A stretch of DNA of 63,063 bases, filler included, from Octopus bimaculoides (GCF_001194135.2; 5 parts of 4 records of this genome joined end to end with filler, not necessarily neighbours in it); one strand, 5' to 3'. Numbered from the whole stretch's first letter, positions 1 through 14,289 are shown. Numbers and translations are program-made. The notes: a model not told the origin generated them from the sequence alone.

Positions 1-509
1 AACAAATCAATTGTACCACATCTGAAGCTAATCATTTAATACAAAAAAATGACATGACATTTATGTGACATAACAACTCTTACGGCCGTTTCCGCTTCCG
101 ATGCCAGTCAGTGCCTACGAAAGAACCATGAAAATAATATTCATAATCTTCATAAGATATTCAAACTAGGACATGGTGCTTCATCAGAGTGAATACAAAA
201 GCGTCCAAAACTAAACAAAAGGAAGAGGGAATAGGAAAGAAAACATCGCCTAGAGAAGAAGCCTGGAGGCCTAATATATTAAGATCATATAATCTTCGAT
301 CACAGGGCTTCGAAGTCAGCAAGCAAAAGAGTGATGGTCTAGAGGAAAACGTATTTTCTGGTTATTTCAATATAAAGCGAGGACCAAGATGTTTTAAAAG
401 TTGTGAAAAGTTAACAAAAAAATTATTTGTTTATTGTCCATAGGGGGCGAAACATAGAGGGGACAAACAAGGACAGACAAAGGAGCTAAGTCGATTACAN
501 NNNNNNNNN

Positions 510-551
<42 letters not shown>

Positions 552-943
552 CATGTTCATTTTTCGTGTTCCTTTCTATTGAATAGCGCAGGCTCGAAAC
601 GTAAACGACTTTCTCACCTTCCCGAGCGTCAAACTAGTACACCTGCTTGTTGTTTTTACACCTGTCTTCCTCTTTTTGTGTTCTGTAAATTTCAACTATT
701 AAACAGAGGGAAATAAAATGTCTGGAATATATTTCAGAATGATGATTCAGTCATTTAGCCTGTATATATAACCATAGCATATGAGTCAAAACGATGGAGC
801 TGGAAAATTCCCCTCACAAATTTGGGCAACACATTAGGAAAAAATCGGATACAACAACAAAGAAAAATCGAACAGAGAATGCAAAAATATTAACAAACAA
901 TTAGAGAATAAATTACCATATAATATTAATGTATGTGTGAGTA

Positions 944-1004
<61 letters not shown>

Positions 1005-1079
1005 GAATGGTCGCTTCATCACACAGGTTTAACAGTGTGTTTGTACTAGTGGGTATATGTGGTAAATATACGGGTGATC

Positions 1080-2774
1080 AGTTTTGTGTACGAAGACTTC
1101 AGAGACAAGTACCCACTGTCTTCAATCGAAGGTAGTATTCTCTGAGTTTGTCAAATATGTACTCAAAGCATTATCCAACAAAATTGTCGGAGAATGCTTT
1201 GATGACACAGCAAACATGACTGATGGTCATAGAGGTTTGGCGACAAGAATAAAGGAGTCTTCTCTGCTTTCCATCTATATTTATTGTCACGGACACCTCT
1301 TAAATCTTACCATCCGAGATATAATGACAGGTATGAACCATTCTGAAATGCCTTAGCAACTATTGAGAGCCTCTAAAATTTTCAAGAGTCTAGTTTAAAA
1401 CTGCCATACACTCTTTGTGAACATCAAAGTCAACGGTGAACAAACCTCACAGCCATCTAAATCTTAAACTGTTTCAAGATGGTCTTAGAGATATCAAGAT
1501 GTATCATCTATGTTTGGGTAATTCATATCATAAAGGCAATTCTTGAATTGATAGATGACCAGAACTCAAAATCATTTACAGACAGCAGAGCATTATTGAA
1601 CGCCATATGCAATTGTGAATTTAATTGGATTGGATGTGCTGAAAAATAATACTATCAAACACGGATAACCTCAGTAAATTCGCCAAGACTGTAGTTGTTT
1701 TAAAACAGGAATACTTAATGCAAACAGAGAAACTCTTGCTAACTGCAAAAATGTTTCTATTTTTTAATTTAAAGCTCCTGAAAACGTTCAGAAAGTTAAT
1801 TTAAAATATAAATAATCATCATCCAAATCACACAGTCGTCTTTCAACGAATCAAGGGGACAAATAAATCATGCTGTGCCACCAATTGAATGCCGTTTTAT
1901 TTTTTTTTTGTGTGTGTGTGTGTGAAACAGTGACAGGAGTGACACAAGATAAAACTGCGAGAGACTTCTATCGCAAATCTACCTATAATTATTATCTGTA
2001 TAAAGTCACCTTAGAAACGGAATCGCGATTTAAATGCAAGGACTAAGGTAAATGACCGAGTGATCTCGTGCACTCGGCTATATTATCCTCAATCCTCATG
2101 CGTTCGATGATTTAGATAATTACTATCAAATTGTTGTGATGTTGATCTTGATTTCCTGAAATCAGAAAGACAATCAGTTTGTTATGGATCATAGACATTT
2201 AGCAGGTCCACAGGCAACTACAGTTGGCGCTGATAAGACTGTTGCGTACAGCCCCTCTTGAACAAATACGCTACTATCTTGACCAGGACCATCTTAACAG
2301 TTTTATAAACCTCAAGGCCTTAAGTATTTAATCCTTGGCAGCAAGCTTCAACATACAAAGATCAGAATAGGGCCCTTAGACTTGCGAGACGTTCGGGAAA
2401 CTGCCCAGTGAGTTCATGCCTAAAGAAGGTACTGATATTGACCAAACCTCCTGCTACGTCATATTCTTCAAAGGGTTACTTCATTGGCCTCAGACAAATT
2501 AAGATATAACCAAGAAGTACATTGAATCCTACGCACCGAGACAAAATATCTGCTAGCAAGAATGATCACGAAATATTTTATATTTTTGCAGCTAAGAGAA
2601 GCAGAAAGTAATATTTTTTCTTGGGCTGCAGATTGTGTGATTGATGTTGACTCTATATCAATTAATTGGTAAAAAGATTTGTATTAGAGATTGATATTTG
2701 CATTTTGATCTCTGTAAAAACTTGGGTAAATCGACCCTTATGCTCCCTTTAACCAAAGTCGCCGACGCACCATG
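1080..2774 (+). mobile_element. Decayed hAT DNA transposon (ZMYM1-like transposase remnant)
   Basis: CFDDTANMTDGHRGLATRIK...IYIYCHGHLLNL resembles hAT YDGA.NM.G...HC..H.LNL; many stops downstream; ends in gccgacgcaccatg, a plausible terminal repeat. Confidence 0.65.
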
Positions 2775-3505
2775 TACATAACTTGATTGAAAGAATTTTA
2801 TAAGTTTTGGATAGAACGTGAAATGACTTTTTATTTGTGAGGCGGGTTCAGTGAATCTGGGAGTGCAAAGGGATATTTCGACCCAGTATTAGGAAGCCAT
2901 TATTACTAGTTTCGTACTTCGAGATCCACTATATGGATCTATATATGTATGTATATATGTGAAAGTATCTATTTGCGCACACTTATCTGACTACATCTGA
3001 TTATAAACAAACATTTGCGTTATCTTAAATATTCACCTAACTTCATAAATTTATTTACATACTCTTATAAAACGAGACAGATAGATAAATGAAGACACGA
3101 TGACAGCCATGTGGGGCGAGGTAGTGTGTGTGTGTGTGTGTTTGTGTTTGCATACATGAATGCTTATTTATATTTATATGCGTATGTTTTTAGGTGTTTT
3201 ATATACGTACGTCTGTGTTAGTCTACACACAACACAATCAATTAATTTTAAAGACCTGATTTTTCCCCGTCTGTTATTTAGCTTTCAGCATTTCCATTTT
3301 CTTACACGTCACTTATATACTCATTGTATGTGCGCGCGGGCGTGTTGTTTCTTCAATTTACAGTACACAGTTCTTCACATACACAGAAATAAATGCACAC
3401 ACATATACAATAGACGTGTATATGTGCATACACTCACAACGCACATATTCGAGTACGTGATTGTGTGAGTTTATAGAAATATCGTTGCACACTCGCATCT
3501 CGTTC

Positions 3506-3545
<40 letters not shown>

Positions 3546-4003
3546 TACAGTGTGTGTATGTATGTGTGTGTATTTATCTAAATAATATGCAGAAATATTC
3601 GGCCATATATTTCCTTCACTCTGTTTCCCTGCGTTTGCTTGTATGTAAATATAACTATATATGGATGGATGCGAGAATGCGTGTATGTTTGTGTGCGTAG
3701 CGTGTTGGTGTGTGTATATATATACGTGTATGCAAATATTATTTCAAGATAACAAGATTAAATTCAAGACAACAACTGCTAAACTAAATTGATTTGCATA
3801 CATATTTACTGATTTCCGATATTCCGACAACCACAAAAATGTGCGCGCGCAAACACATGTGCTCAGAAACACAGAAATACGTGAGTACACTTTGGGTTAT
3901 GTGTATGTCTGTTTGCCAGTGTATTTTTGCGAAGTGCCATAAATATTTATACTTAAATACATAGACATCATTACATACACATATATATGTGTGCATGTAT
4001 GTA

Positions 4004-4041
<38 letters not shown>

Positions 4042-4265
4042 GTGTGTGTACAAAATATGTACATACATATGTACATATAAATATATTCATATATACACTC
4101 ACTCATATTTATATATGCGCACGCACTTTCATATGAGTTGTTTACTACAGAGGGGTGTAAACAGATGTATATGTGTATGTATAAATGCATATGTGTGTAA
4201 ATATGTGTGCATGAGTCTGTATATATGTGTGAATGTATGTATATATGTATCTGTTTAGGACTATG

Positions 4266-4298
<33 letters not shown>

Positions 4299-6209
4299 AT
4301 ACATGTGTACATATGTATATGGTTATATAGAACGTAAATAGATGAATATGCATACATTTACTAACACCTACATAAATCTATTCACGCATAAACAATTAAT
4401 TATACGACCATAATATTCTTTTATTTCTCTACTTTTCTTTTATACGTTCGTTTGTTTCTTTCGCTGTTATTTTTTTCTTTTTGTAACTTCTAAAAGTGTA
4501 TATTTAGTATCTTCTAAACACAGAAGAATTTAACACATTTCTGAATTATAAAAATACATATAAACACATATATATACATATGTATGTATATATTATTCAT
4601 TAAACGACATTAGAGTATTATGGAGCAAAGCAAGTGAAACTTAAAAGCGAACCATTGTCTAGCGCTAAGTTTACCACCATCATCATCATCACTGCTAGCA
4701 ATAACAAAACCATCCCATCCTTACAACCATAATCCCTAAGACTATCACCTCCAACAGGCCATTCACCCACAAATTTATTTATTTCTCTATGGGAAAAAAA
4801 TTTTAATATAAATAAAAAAGAAAATTATTTAAAAATATGTAAAGAAAACGAGAAGCTACATACCAACAAGGAGCGATAAAGATGGCTGCCAAGTCGGACT
4901 TTCATGCATTTTAAACAAAAAGATGCTTAAGTGGCCGATTATATTTATTCCTGGACATGCAAATTGCATGAAAATACTAAAGATAAAATATACCTTAATA
5001 GGCTTCTGTGTCTATGTAAAAGATATTAAAGATTGTGGCATGCAGTAAATGGGCAAAGATAAAGTATATGTGCTGTAGTGGGGTTCAACAATAAATGGTC
5101 TCAGTTGCTATGACAACAGTGTTCTATTAACAATGATTTTGTTTTTGTTGTTTGCTGTGCTTGTTTTCATTTTACATCGGTCGGTAATTTTTTTTTTTTT
5201 TGTGATATGGGGTGGGGTATGGGGGAATAACTCATCTTTTCTACTATTTCTTCGCTGCTCTGATGTCGGTGATTAGGCGATGAATTCGTCCGCTTGAAAT
5301 TGTCGGGGGTCGTTAGCATACACCATTACGGGCAAGTGGTTTCTATTGTTGTACACAAATGGATAACGCTACGCTCACGCACAAAAACACCAGCACATAT
5401 ACGCACAAATATGATATATACACACACATACACACATGCACACACAAGGAAACGAACTTATTATATGCACGATCTTATAGACACAAACACGCAAAACCAT
5501 TTACATACATGTAATTAACCATATATATTCATGATTATATATGTATATATATATATATATATATGAATGTATATGAGAGACAGAGTGGTATATATATATA
5601 TTTATATATACGCGCTCACACACACACGCACACACACACAAACAAACGTCCCTATACAGATGGGAATATAGATGAATAGCTTTATATAATTTTCTCATAC
5701 TCTCATGTGTGTATGCATGTATGTATAATCATTATTTATGTGTGTGTGTGTGTCTTTGGGTATCGTATGTGAGGATGTATATGAATATATTCCTAAATGA
5801 AATGATGCGTGTGTAAAGAATCTTACATAACGATGCATTCGTGAACAAAGTTGAACAGATACTATTGATTACACACTGCAATGCTCACATATGAAGGCAT
5901 ATAGACCGAGATAAATAGATACACAACATACACGCGATCATATATACATATATAAATATATATATATATGTATGCATATAAGAAAATAATGAAAGGTGGA
6001 GAAAGATAGATGTCTAGAATAATGTTAAAGTTCTTTATATACCCCGGAGTTGATGCGTATTTAAAAACGAGGATATGAATGGTTCGAATATATTTATTTG
6101 ACCTGAAATTCATATATACTGAAACATACTCATACATTCAAATGCATATAAACTCATAATATACGCGCATACGCACACACACGTATTATATGAACGTGTG
6201 TGTATGTGC

Positions 6210-6274
<65 letters not shown>

Positions 6275-6277
<3 letters not shown>

Positions 6278-6488
6278 TAATCCCTCGCCATACCGCGTTT
6301 CACCTATCGCGGTTTATTGCTTAAGCTTACGTCGATTTCTCCGTGTTGTCGTTTTGCGTTTATAATTAAATATATACAAATTATAAAATTAATAATATAT
6401 ACAGTACAGTACTGTTTTTACTTCACAGATTTTCACCTATCGCGGTGAGATTTAGAACGTAACATCCGCGATAGTCGAGAGATTACTG
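6275..6488. mobile_element. pogo/Tigger-like MITE
   Basis: TIRs CAGTAATCCCTCG / CGAGAGATTACTG flanked by TA on both sides. Confidence 0.8.
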
Positions 6489-6600
6489 TATGCATGTGAG
6501 GGTAAAAATTATTTATTTTAAAAATAACAATGTATACCAGTGGCCAGCATGCGTAAAAAACGTCAAAGGACTGCAAATTATACTCAAATATATGTATTTG

Positions 6601-6649
<49 letters not shown>

Positions 6650-7749
6650 CAAATAAGAAAATGGAGAGGATACATAATCGACAAACATCAGCCTGTAAAC
6701 ATTCTGTTATATCTGTTTATTAATTGATTACAATCATATGTGTAAGTGATCCAATTAAGCGAATAAAATAAGCAAATAGATAAATAAATATAGAAATAAG
6801 AATAAATGAGTGAACAAATACTAAACTCTTACAGCTGTTTCTACCATGGGGTTGCCAAATCTTCCAAGTTTTCCACATCACGCCAGTGATATACAGAGAT
6901 GAACAAACATTGGACAATGGTTGAACCCCAAGGCTTCATCTCTCTGGGGCTTCATCTCTCAATGTTTGTTCATCCTTGTATATCACTGGCGTGATGTGGA
7001 AAACTTGGAAGATTTGGCAAGCCCATGGTAGAAACAGCTGTAAGAGTTTATTATGTGTACACTCATCTAATCTTATTCGTTTACTTTTATTTATATATTT
7101 ATTTACTTATTTATTTGCTTTGAACTTACGATCGTGAGCCGAATGCCCTGACCACTAAGCCACGTGCCTTCACTTGTGTGAAATAGGTAGGAGCGGATAG
7201 ATTGATGAACTGATAAGGAATCATGAAAGGTGACGGTAGAGTCACAGACGAAGATATATTGGCAAATAGAAAGGGAGAGAATGAATTGAAATGGTCGTTG
7301 AAAATTTGTGCGTGTGAATGTGTGAGAGTTTGCTTGTACGCCTTGTGTTAAGTTATGTATTAAATATCAGTAAGGAAGACAGTTATCTCTCTTTTTTTTT
7401 TAATTCTTAAGTGGAAGGACGTAGGAAATAAAATTAATGTTCTCCGACGTGATGTGAGTTCTAATCTCGCCTCATCACACTCATTCACGCATCTATATCC
7501 GCCATATTACACTTTTTTTACTTCCATTTTGCTTATCCGCCTTCTCCTAACTCTTCATATGTATCATTGGCACGTTTCATGCTGACAGAGCCCTCCTACA
7601 CGCCTGTCCCTGTCCTCCATGCTATCGGATGGATTCGTGCATGCATCTATGAATAAGTGTATTCATGTAGGTATATTGTCTTTCTTTTTAAACTTTTTTT
7701 AATTATTTGAATTCTTCTTCTTAGGAAGTAGGTTTCTAACAAAGGAACG

Positions 7750-8183
7750 AAATTCCATTGCTAGGATCTGGATAACAAAAATAAGTGTTACATGATGGAT
7801 TTTAGAAAAGTCTTGCATATATTTAATGTTCTTATTACAGTAGAGTGCTTGTTAGTCAGCCATTTTTTGTCCAAAAATCGTTCCCTTTTACTGATAGTGC
7901 ACTAAGAATTATAGATATGCATCTGTATTTATAATCTAGGTAGACAAGGTGTAAGTTTTGAATCAGTTGTCCGTAAAAAATTCCTTTCTCATTATTTTTC
8001 AAAGAAATATCCATATCTGCAGGGTGGCCGAAGTCTGTTTTTTATTCAACATTTTTTATCCCAAATAATTATATCAGGTTTGTTATGTTTGCACTTAGCG
8101 GAGCTTTTGATAAAAATGTTCCACCAATAGTCTTTGCATTGATGTGCAGGAACACACTCAATAACACAGATATCTCTTTCTCC

Positions 8184-8227
<44 letters not shown>

Positions 8228-8639
8228 AGGGTGATAAATTGGATATTAATTTAATTAACACCAATTTAAGACCAGTGGCCTAACATAAAGAAAATTCTGA
8301 AAATTCAGAAAGGTTATATTACATGCATATGAGAAGGGATGACCACTAAGTGGACATCCATTATACTAGAAATAGACCATATACGGTCAAACCACAAAAG
8401 AAAAGAATGTTCTCTAGGGAAATTCAGCGCACCCCAGAACATGAACGGGCAAGACAAATGAAAATACACAAAAAAGAATTAATCGTAGATCAGGTTTTTG
8501 TATATTTTCATGTCTTGCCAGTTCATGTTCTGGTGTGCGTTAAATTTCTCTAGAGAATATTCTTTTCTTTTGTGGTTTGACTGTATATGGTCTATTTCTA
8601 GTATAACGGATGTCTACTTAGTGGTCATCCCTTCTCATA

Positions 8640-8684
<45 letters not shown>

Positions 8685-10270
8685 CAGAGCAATCTTTCCT
8701 ATGGGTAACATTGTATATTAACAATAATACCCTCCCATATTGAAATATGATGCCTTGTGACCATTTGGTGCACCTGCAAACTACAGCCATGTCTTCTCTA
8801 AGACCCCCAGAAATGTGATATATACTGCCAAAGTACAACTTTCGAAATGAGACGTGTTGCAACAGTTACAAGTATAAGAAAGGTTTTTCATCACGTTAAT
8901 ATTACCATCGCTCTCAAGTTTACGGAGCTTTTCTGTTCCAGGTTTTTGGTGAGGAATGTTTGACCAGCAATTTCGAAGTGCAAGAAAGATCACTACCAGC
9001 TCTAACATGTTCGTCCCTTCGTGTTTCAGTACTTGATTGATGTGGTGATTTTTACTGCAGTTACTTAACAGATGCTGAGTGACGCCATTTAATACTCAAC
9101 GGCTTTCTGCATCAATGTTAGTCCTCTTTTCCCTCCTCTTTTTCTTCTGAGACAGACAACCCGTTAGCATAGAAGCTCCCAGTTGATGTCGTATCTATGA
9201 AGTGGATTTCCTCTATTGATCAATCAAGTATTCCAGTTGTTGCTATCAGCACTGGTACTGCAAATGCATTGTGAGATATTATCTTATTGCGTGAGTAATG
9301 CTCCGATTGATACTTTATTTTTAAGTCTGGTTTGATATTCTCGCGTGATTATAAGTTGTTGACAGTACATTTGTACGAGATATTTTCATCAACATTTATC
9401 AATACAATCATATTTGTAGCACGTACTGTGTGAAAAAGAGATAGTGGACATTGATATGAACGTTTGGTGTTTGCGAAAGGATGTTTCCGGGTTAAAAATA
9501 TTAAATATCAACATTTCTTTTGGTCAAATTCCATTTCTTTATCAACTGAAAATGATACTGAATCCAGCTGTTTCTCAACATTTTAGATGATTTTAGTACA
9601 TATCTTTAGATCGCCCACAAATAAATTATGGGTTACATTTCTGTCTCTTACTTTTGTAGGCCCTAAAATATAATCTCACAATTTTTGTTGAAAAAATGGC
9701 GTTGAATTTACTGCTAAAATTAACAAAAGCATAAACAGACTTTCCTTGTATTATTTCCTCTAAAATATAACTTCAGAGGCATTCTTTCCGCTTTCAGTTA
9801 CTTGTGTGATGACTATTGAACAGATCTTTGTTAGCTTTTCAATACTAGTAACTACACTGATAGTTCATACTGTTAAGTCTTTGCCCGAAAGAATGAAAGA
9901 CAAAGCCGACCCAAGAGGAGTTTCACTATACTGTATTGTTAATGAGGGTCAGTGCTTAATTATACATGATAGAAGTAAACACAAGGTATGGGTTCTTTTA
10001 CTCTTGTTGTGCTTTAGACAGTAGATCTTTTGTTATAATATCGACCTGTGTGGTTATATCAAAGTTGCTAGAGATTGGTTTGTGCAGAGGTACGGAGTAT
10101 GATAATAATGATGTTTCTTGTCTTGCGTGGAAAATAGGAAACTCTATCCTCATCCAAAATACTGTTCCAGTTTTCAATATCTTCCAAAAGGAATCTTTTC
10201 TACCAAAATTAGCGATGTGTTGCCCAAACTTGTTAAGCAGCTGATAAACAATTTTTGGTTCCTTTAATGA
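7750..10270 (-). mobile_element. Decayed non-LTR retrotransposon with restriction-like endonuclease (R4/Dong-like)
   Basis: Minus-strand remnants YWWNIFIKSSAKCKHNKPDIIIWDKK (RLE PD motif), zinc-knuckle-like YHISG, and NKIISHNAFAVPVL RT C-terminus; interrupted at ~8186-8680. Confidence 0.6.
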
Positions 10271-10294
10271 GATTGCGATATGAATATTCTTTTC

Positions 10295-10499
10295 TACTCT
10301 AGGCACAAGGCCCGAAATTTTGGAGGAGGGGTCAGTCGATTGAATCTACCCCATTACGCAACTGGTACTTAATTTATCGACCCCGAAGGGACAAAAAGGC
10401 AAAGTCGACCTCGGCGGAATTTGAACTCAGAACGTAAAGAAAGACGAAATACCGCTAAGCATTTCGCCCGGCGTGCTAACGTTTCTGCCAACTCACCGC
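10295..10499 (-). mobile_element. tRNA-derived SINE family B
   Basis: Reverse complement of ctggcaga..cgttagc...ttctgagttcaaattccgccgaggtcgactttgcc; related copies at 11753-11948(+), 39262-39472(-), 41197-41400(-), 41434-41648(-), 44112-44300(-). Confidence 0.8.
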
Positions 10500-11502
10500 A
10501 TTTGCAATATGAATTTTATCTGTGGAGTGCACAGCCACTCGTCTGTTAATTTTACGAGTATGCTGTTCCCTTGATCGGATCAGCTGGAAACCTCATCATC
10601 GTTACCGACGGAGTGTCAGGATTTTTGTACAGGAATTGTTATCAAAATTCCTCAAAAATCGTATCTTCAAAAAGTTAAGTAGTTTATATGTGGAAATAGA
10701 AATTATTTATATTTTTGTTGCTTCACATTTCAAATTGTATATGTTGACACCACATCATGATTAATTAGACAATAGACATGGGAGCTGTCGCTAGTAAAAT
10801 TCCTCGTTTAAAAATCATATCTTAAAAGCATAAAGTGAAAGAAAAACAATAAAAATAATTTAATCTTCCATTGTTTCATATTTAAATTTCTTTATACTTC
10901 AAAAATATTCCCATATAATACGCTACGTACTGGACTGTTAATTTTCATAATATTTGAAATATATTTCGGCATTATAGAAATTAATAGTTCGGTGTTGTGG
11001 AGCAAAACACCTGAATATTTTACAACTAGTAACAAATTTTAACAAATTTAACAAATTTTAAGAAAGGAAAAATTAAATAAGTTTAAGTTATATTTTTCCA
11101 CATAAATTCCAATTGATACATAACCACTTATAAAAATAAAACATTGTTAAAAATCAATCCGTTTCACTGACAGAATTATGCCATGGTATCGGTCTTCTCT
11201 TGACAAATATTCGGTTAACAAGGTTATTATTAAACTGTGTAACACGACTTTTGTTCTTGGTAGCAACTATAACTTCCTATTTGCAAATTCGAAACATCTA
11301 GAAAAACAAATATACCACAAAGATCCTATTCCAAAAATCAATAAATTACACAATCTTATTTACTATTTATTAATCTTATTTACGAATTATTGATTGTGTA
11401 ATTTATTGATTTTTGAATAGGGTTTTTGTGGTATATTTGTTGTTCTAGATGTTTTGAATGACTATTTTCATTGTTGAATTTGTTAATAGTTGTTTTTTCT
11501 CT

Positions 11503-11544
<42 letters not shown>

Positions 11545-12329
11545 GTTTGTATATTTGTTTTTGTCCGCCCGCCATCGCTTGACAACCTGTGTTTACGTCC
11601 ACGTAACCTAGTGGTTCGGCAAAAGAGACCGATAGAATAAGTACTAGGCTAACAAAGAATAAATCCTGAGGTCGATTTGTTCGACTAAAGGCGGTGCTCC
11701 AGCATGGCCGCAGTGAAATGACTGAAACAAATAAAAGGATAAAAGTGTTGTTGAGGCGACGGGCTGGCAGAATCGTTGGCATGCCGGGCAAAACACTTAG
11801 TTGCATTTCGTCCGTCTTTAAGTTCTGAGTTCGAATTCCGCTGACTTTCATCCTTCTGGGGTTGATGAAATAAGTACCAGTTAAACACTGAGATGGATAT
11901 GATCGTCTATCCTCTTCACCCAAAATTTCAGGCCTTGTGCTTATTGCAGAAAGAGAGTTATTATTAAGGTGATGAGCTGACAGAATTGTTCGCGCCTCGG
12001 ACAAAATTCTTAGTGACATTTCTTCCAGGTTTTACGTTGAATTCAGATCCTGGTGTGGTCACCTTTACCGTTCATTCTTTCAGAGTCTATAAAATTAATT
12101 ATCGCTTATGTACTCGGGTACATGATATCCAATAAACACCTCCTGACTTGCTGGCCTTGTACCGAAATTTAAAACAAATATCATATATTTTTTTTTATTC
12201 TTGTTGTTATTTCTATTCCCCCATCCAGCGCTGGATGAACAATTAAGTAAAATAAGCACGTGCGTGGGGCATCGATGGAAGGAGAGGGCACCACAGAAAT
12301 GGTAAATGGTTTACGGCACAAAAATAATT

Positions 12330-12775
12330 ACCTTAAACTTGTTAAAATAAGTATAACTGAGTGTGCCTTTCCAAATGTAGGTATTGTCCTTCGCATATTT
12401 TTAACATTCTTGGCCACTAATTGCTCAGATGAGCGTTCATTTTCTCAGTTGAAGGATACTAAAAGTCCATCAGAACAACTCTATGCAACAAGGCAGGCTG
12501 GATGCCTTACCTTTACTAAGTATAAACGCAGATGTGTGTTATGTAAGATACAGTTTGAGGATCTGTTCAAAGACTTTGCTATTAAAAAAATGGAGAAATC
12601 TTTGTGGAATTATACAAAAGTTAGACATTATTTTCCATATTACTGTTAGTTTGGTTTCATTTTGAAAAATAAAATATTATTTTAGAGTTTATTATTGTTT
12701 ATATTTTGATTTGCATATATATGGGTGTTGGAGGGCAAAATCTTCTAAGTGCTCAAGGCCTTTACAGGTCTTTAC
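12330..12775 (+). mobile_element. hAT transposon 3' remnant (dimerisation domain)
   Basis: FPNVGIVLRIFLTFLATNCSDERSFSQLK and MQQGRLDALPLLSINAD resemble hAT C-terminal ERSFS.LK / RL..L motifs. Confidence 0.7.
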
Positions 12776-13087
12776 CCGGGCGTACCCCCCCACAATTGAA
12801 GTTTTCTTTTCATCTACCCGTTTACTTATTGTTGTGCTCCATCTGTTGGTTACTTATAAAACATTTCATTAGTTTTACTACCTTCAATAAAATAGAAATT
12901 TTTCACAATAATATTTATAACAAAATATTAAACTTCTTCCTACATACTACAGTCTTTTCAGGAGTCTCTCTCTCCCCCACCCTCTTCCTCTCTCTCTCTT
13001 CCTCTTTCTCTCTCTCTCTCCCTCTTCCTCTTTCTCTCTCTCTCTCTCTCCCTCTTCCTCTTTCTCTCCTTCTTTCTCTTTCTCTCT

Positions 13088-13139
<52 letters not shown>

Positions 13140-13374
13140 ATACATATATATATATATATATATAATNNNNNNNNNNNNNNNNNNNNNNNNNNNNNNNNNN
13201 NNNNNNNNNNNNNNNNNNNNNNNNNNNNNNNNNNNNNNNNNNNNNNNNNNNNNNNNNNNNNNNNNNNNNNNNNNNNNNNNNNNNNNNNNNNNNNNNNNNN
13301 NNNNNNNNNNNNNNNNNNNNNNNNNNNNNNNNNNNNNNNNNNNNNNNNNNNNNNNNNNNNNNNNNNNNNNNNNN

Positions 13375-13416
<42 letters not shown>

Positions 13417-14134
13417 CATCAAAAGGCAAGCATTTTTCCTTCGTTGAACAATCTGAACGGCTTAAAGTCCTAATCTGTTTCAAACTTACAATATACATAC
13501 ATATATGTATATATTTGTGTGTCTGTCTATCTATCTATCTATCTACCTAACTTCTATCTATCTATCTAGTCAGACAGACAGACGCACAGACATAGTACTC
13601 ATGTACTATTAGCGTTGAAATTAGCTCAATCGAAGTAAACTATTTTCAGATGTATTACACAATACATGATGCATATATCTGTATGTGTATATTTTATATA
13701 TACGCTTCATACGCATGTATGTCATATGTATATATTACTGTTGTTTGTTTGCATGGAAGCCGTATAAAATTTAAAATATTTTCCTCTGATACATAGATAT
13801 AAGTTTATATGGACAGACTTCTTGGAATTCATATACATTTACAAACGCATATCTCTTGTCGTACTAGAATAGAATACACGCCCACACTCACAGACTATAT
13901 ATATATATATATATATACGTTTATATATACTAATATATTTAACTACCAGTATATATGTATATATGCGTTTATATATACTAATATATTTAACTACCAGTAT
14001 ATATATATATATATCATAAATTATCTATAGATCGTGTGTATTTGCGCGCATGTCTCTTTGCATGTAAAAATTAATGCATATAGTTTGAGTGTTAAGCGTA
14101 TTACATATACATGTGTGCATACACGGAACATTTG

Positions 14135-14189
<55 letters not shown>

Positions 14190-14233
14190 NNNNNNNNNNN
14201 NNNNNNNNNNNNNNNNNNNNNNNNNNNNNNNNN

Positions 14234-14246
14234 TTAATTAATTAAN
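14234..14246. other. Assembly linker TTAATTAATTAA inside N gaps (also ~21276, ~31666, ~52511)
   Basis: Identical all-frame-stop 12-mer embedded in N runs four times; scaffolding artefact. Confidence 0.9.
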
Positions 14247-14289
14247 NNNNNNNNNNNNNNNNNNNNNNNNNNNNNNNNNNNNNNNNNNN

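Noticed and set aside
12706-13498. Long ORFs of YI/HT/CV/ER repeats and X runs (here and throughout)
   Set aside because: Translations of dinucleotide microsatellites and N gaps, not genes.
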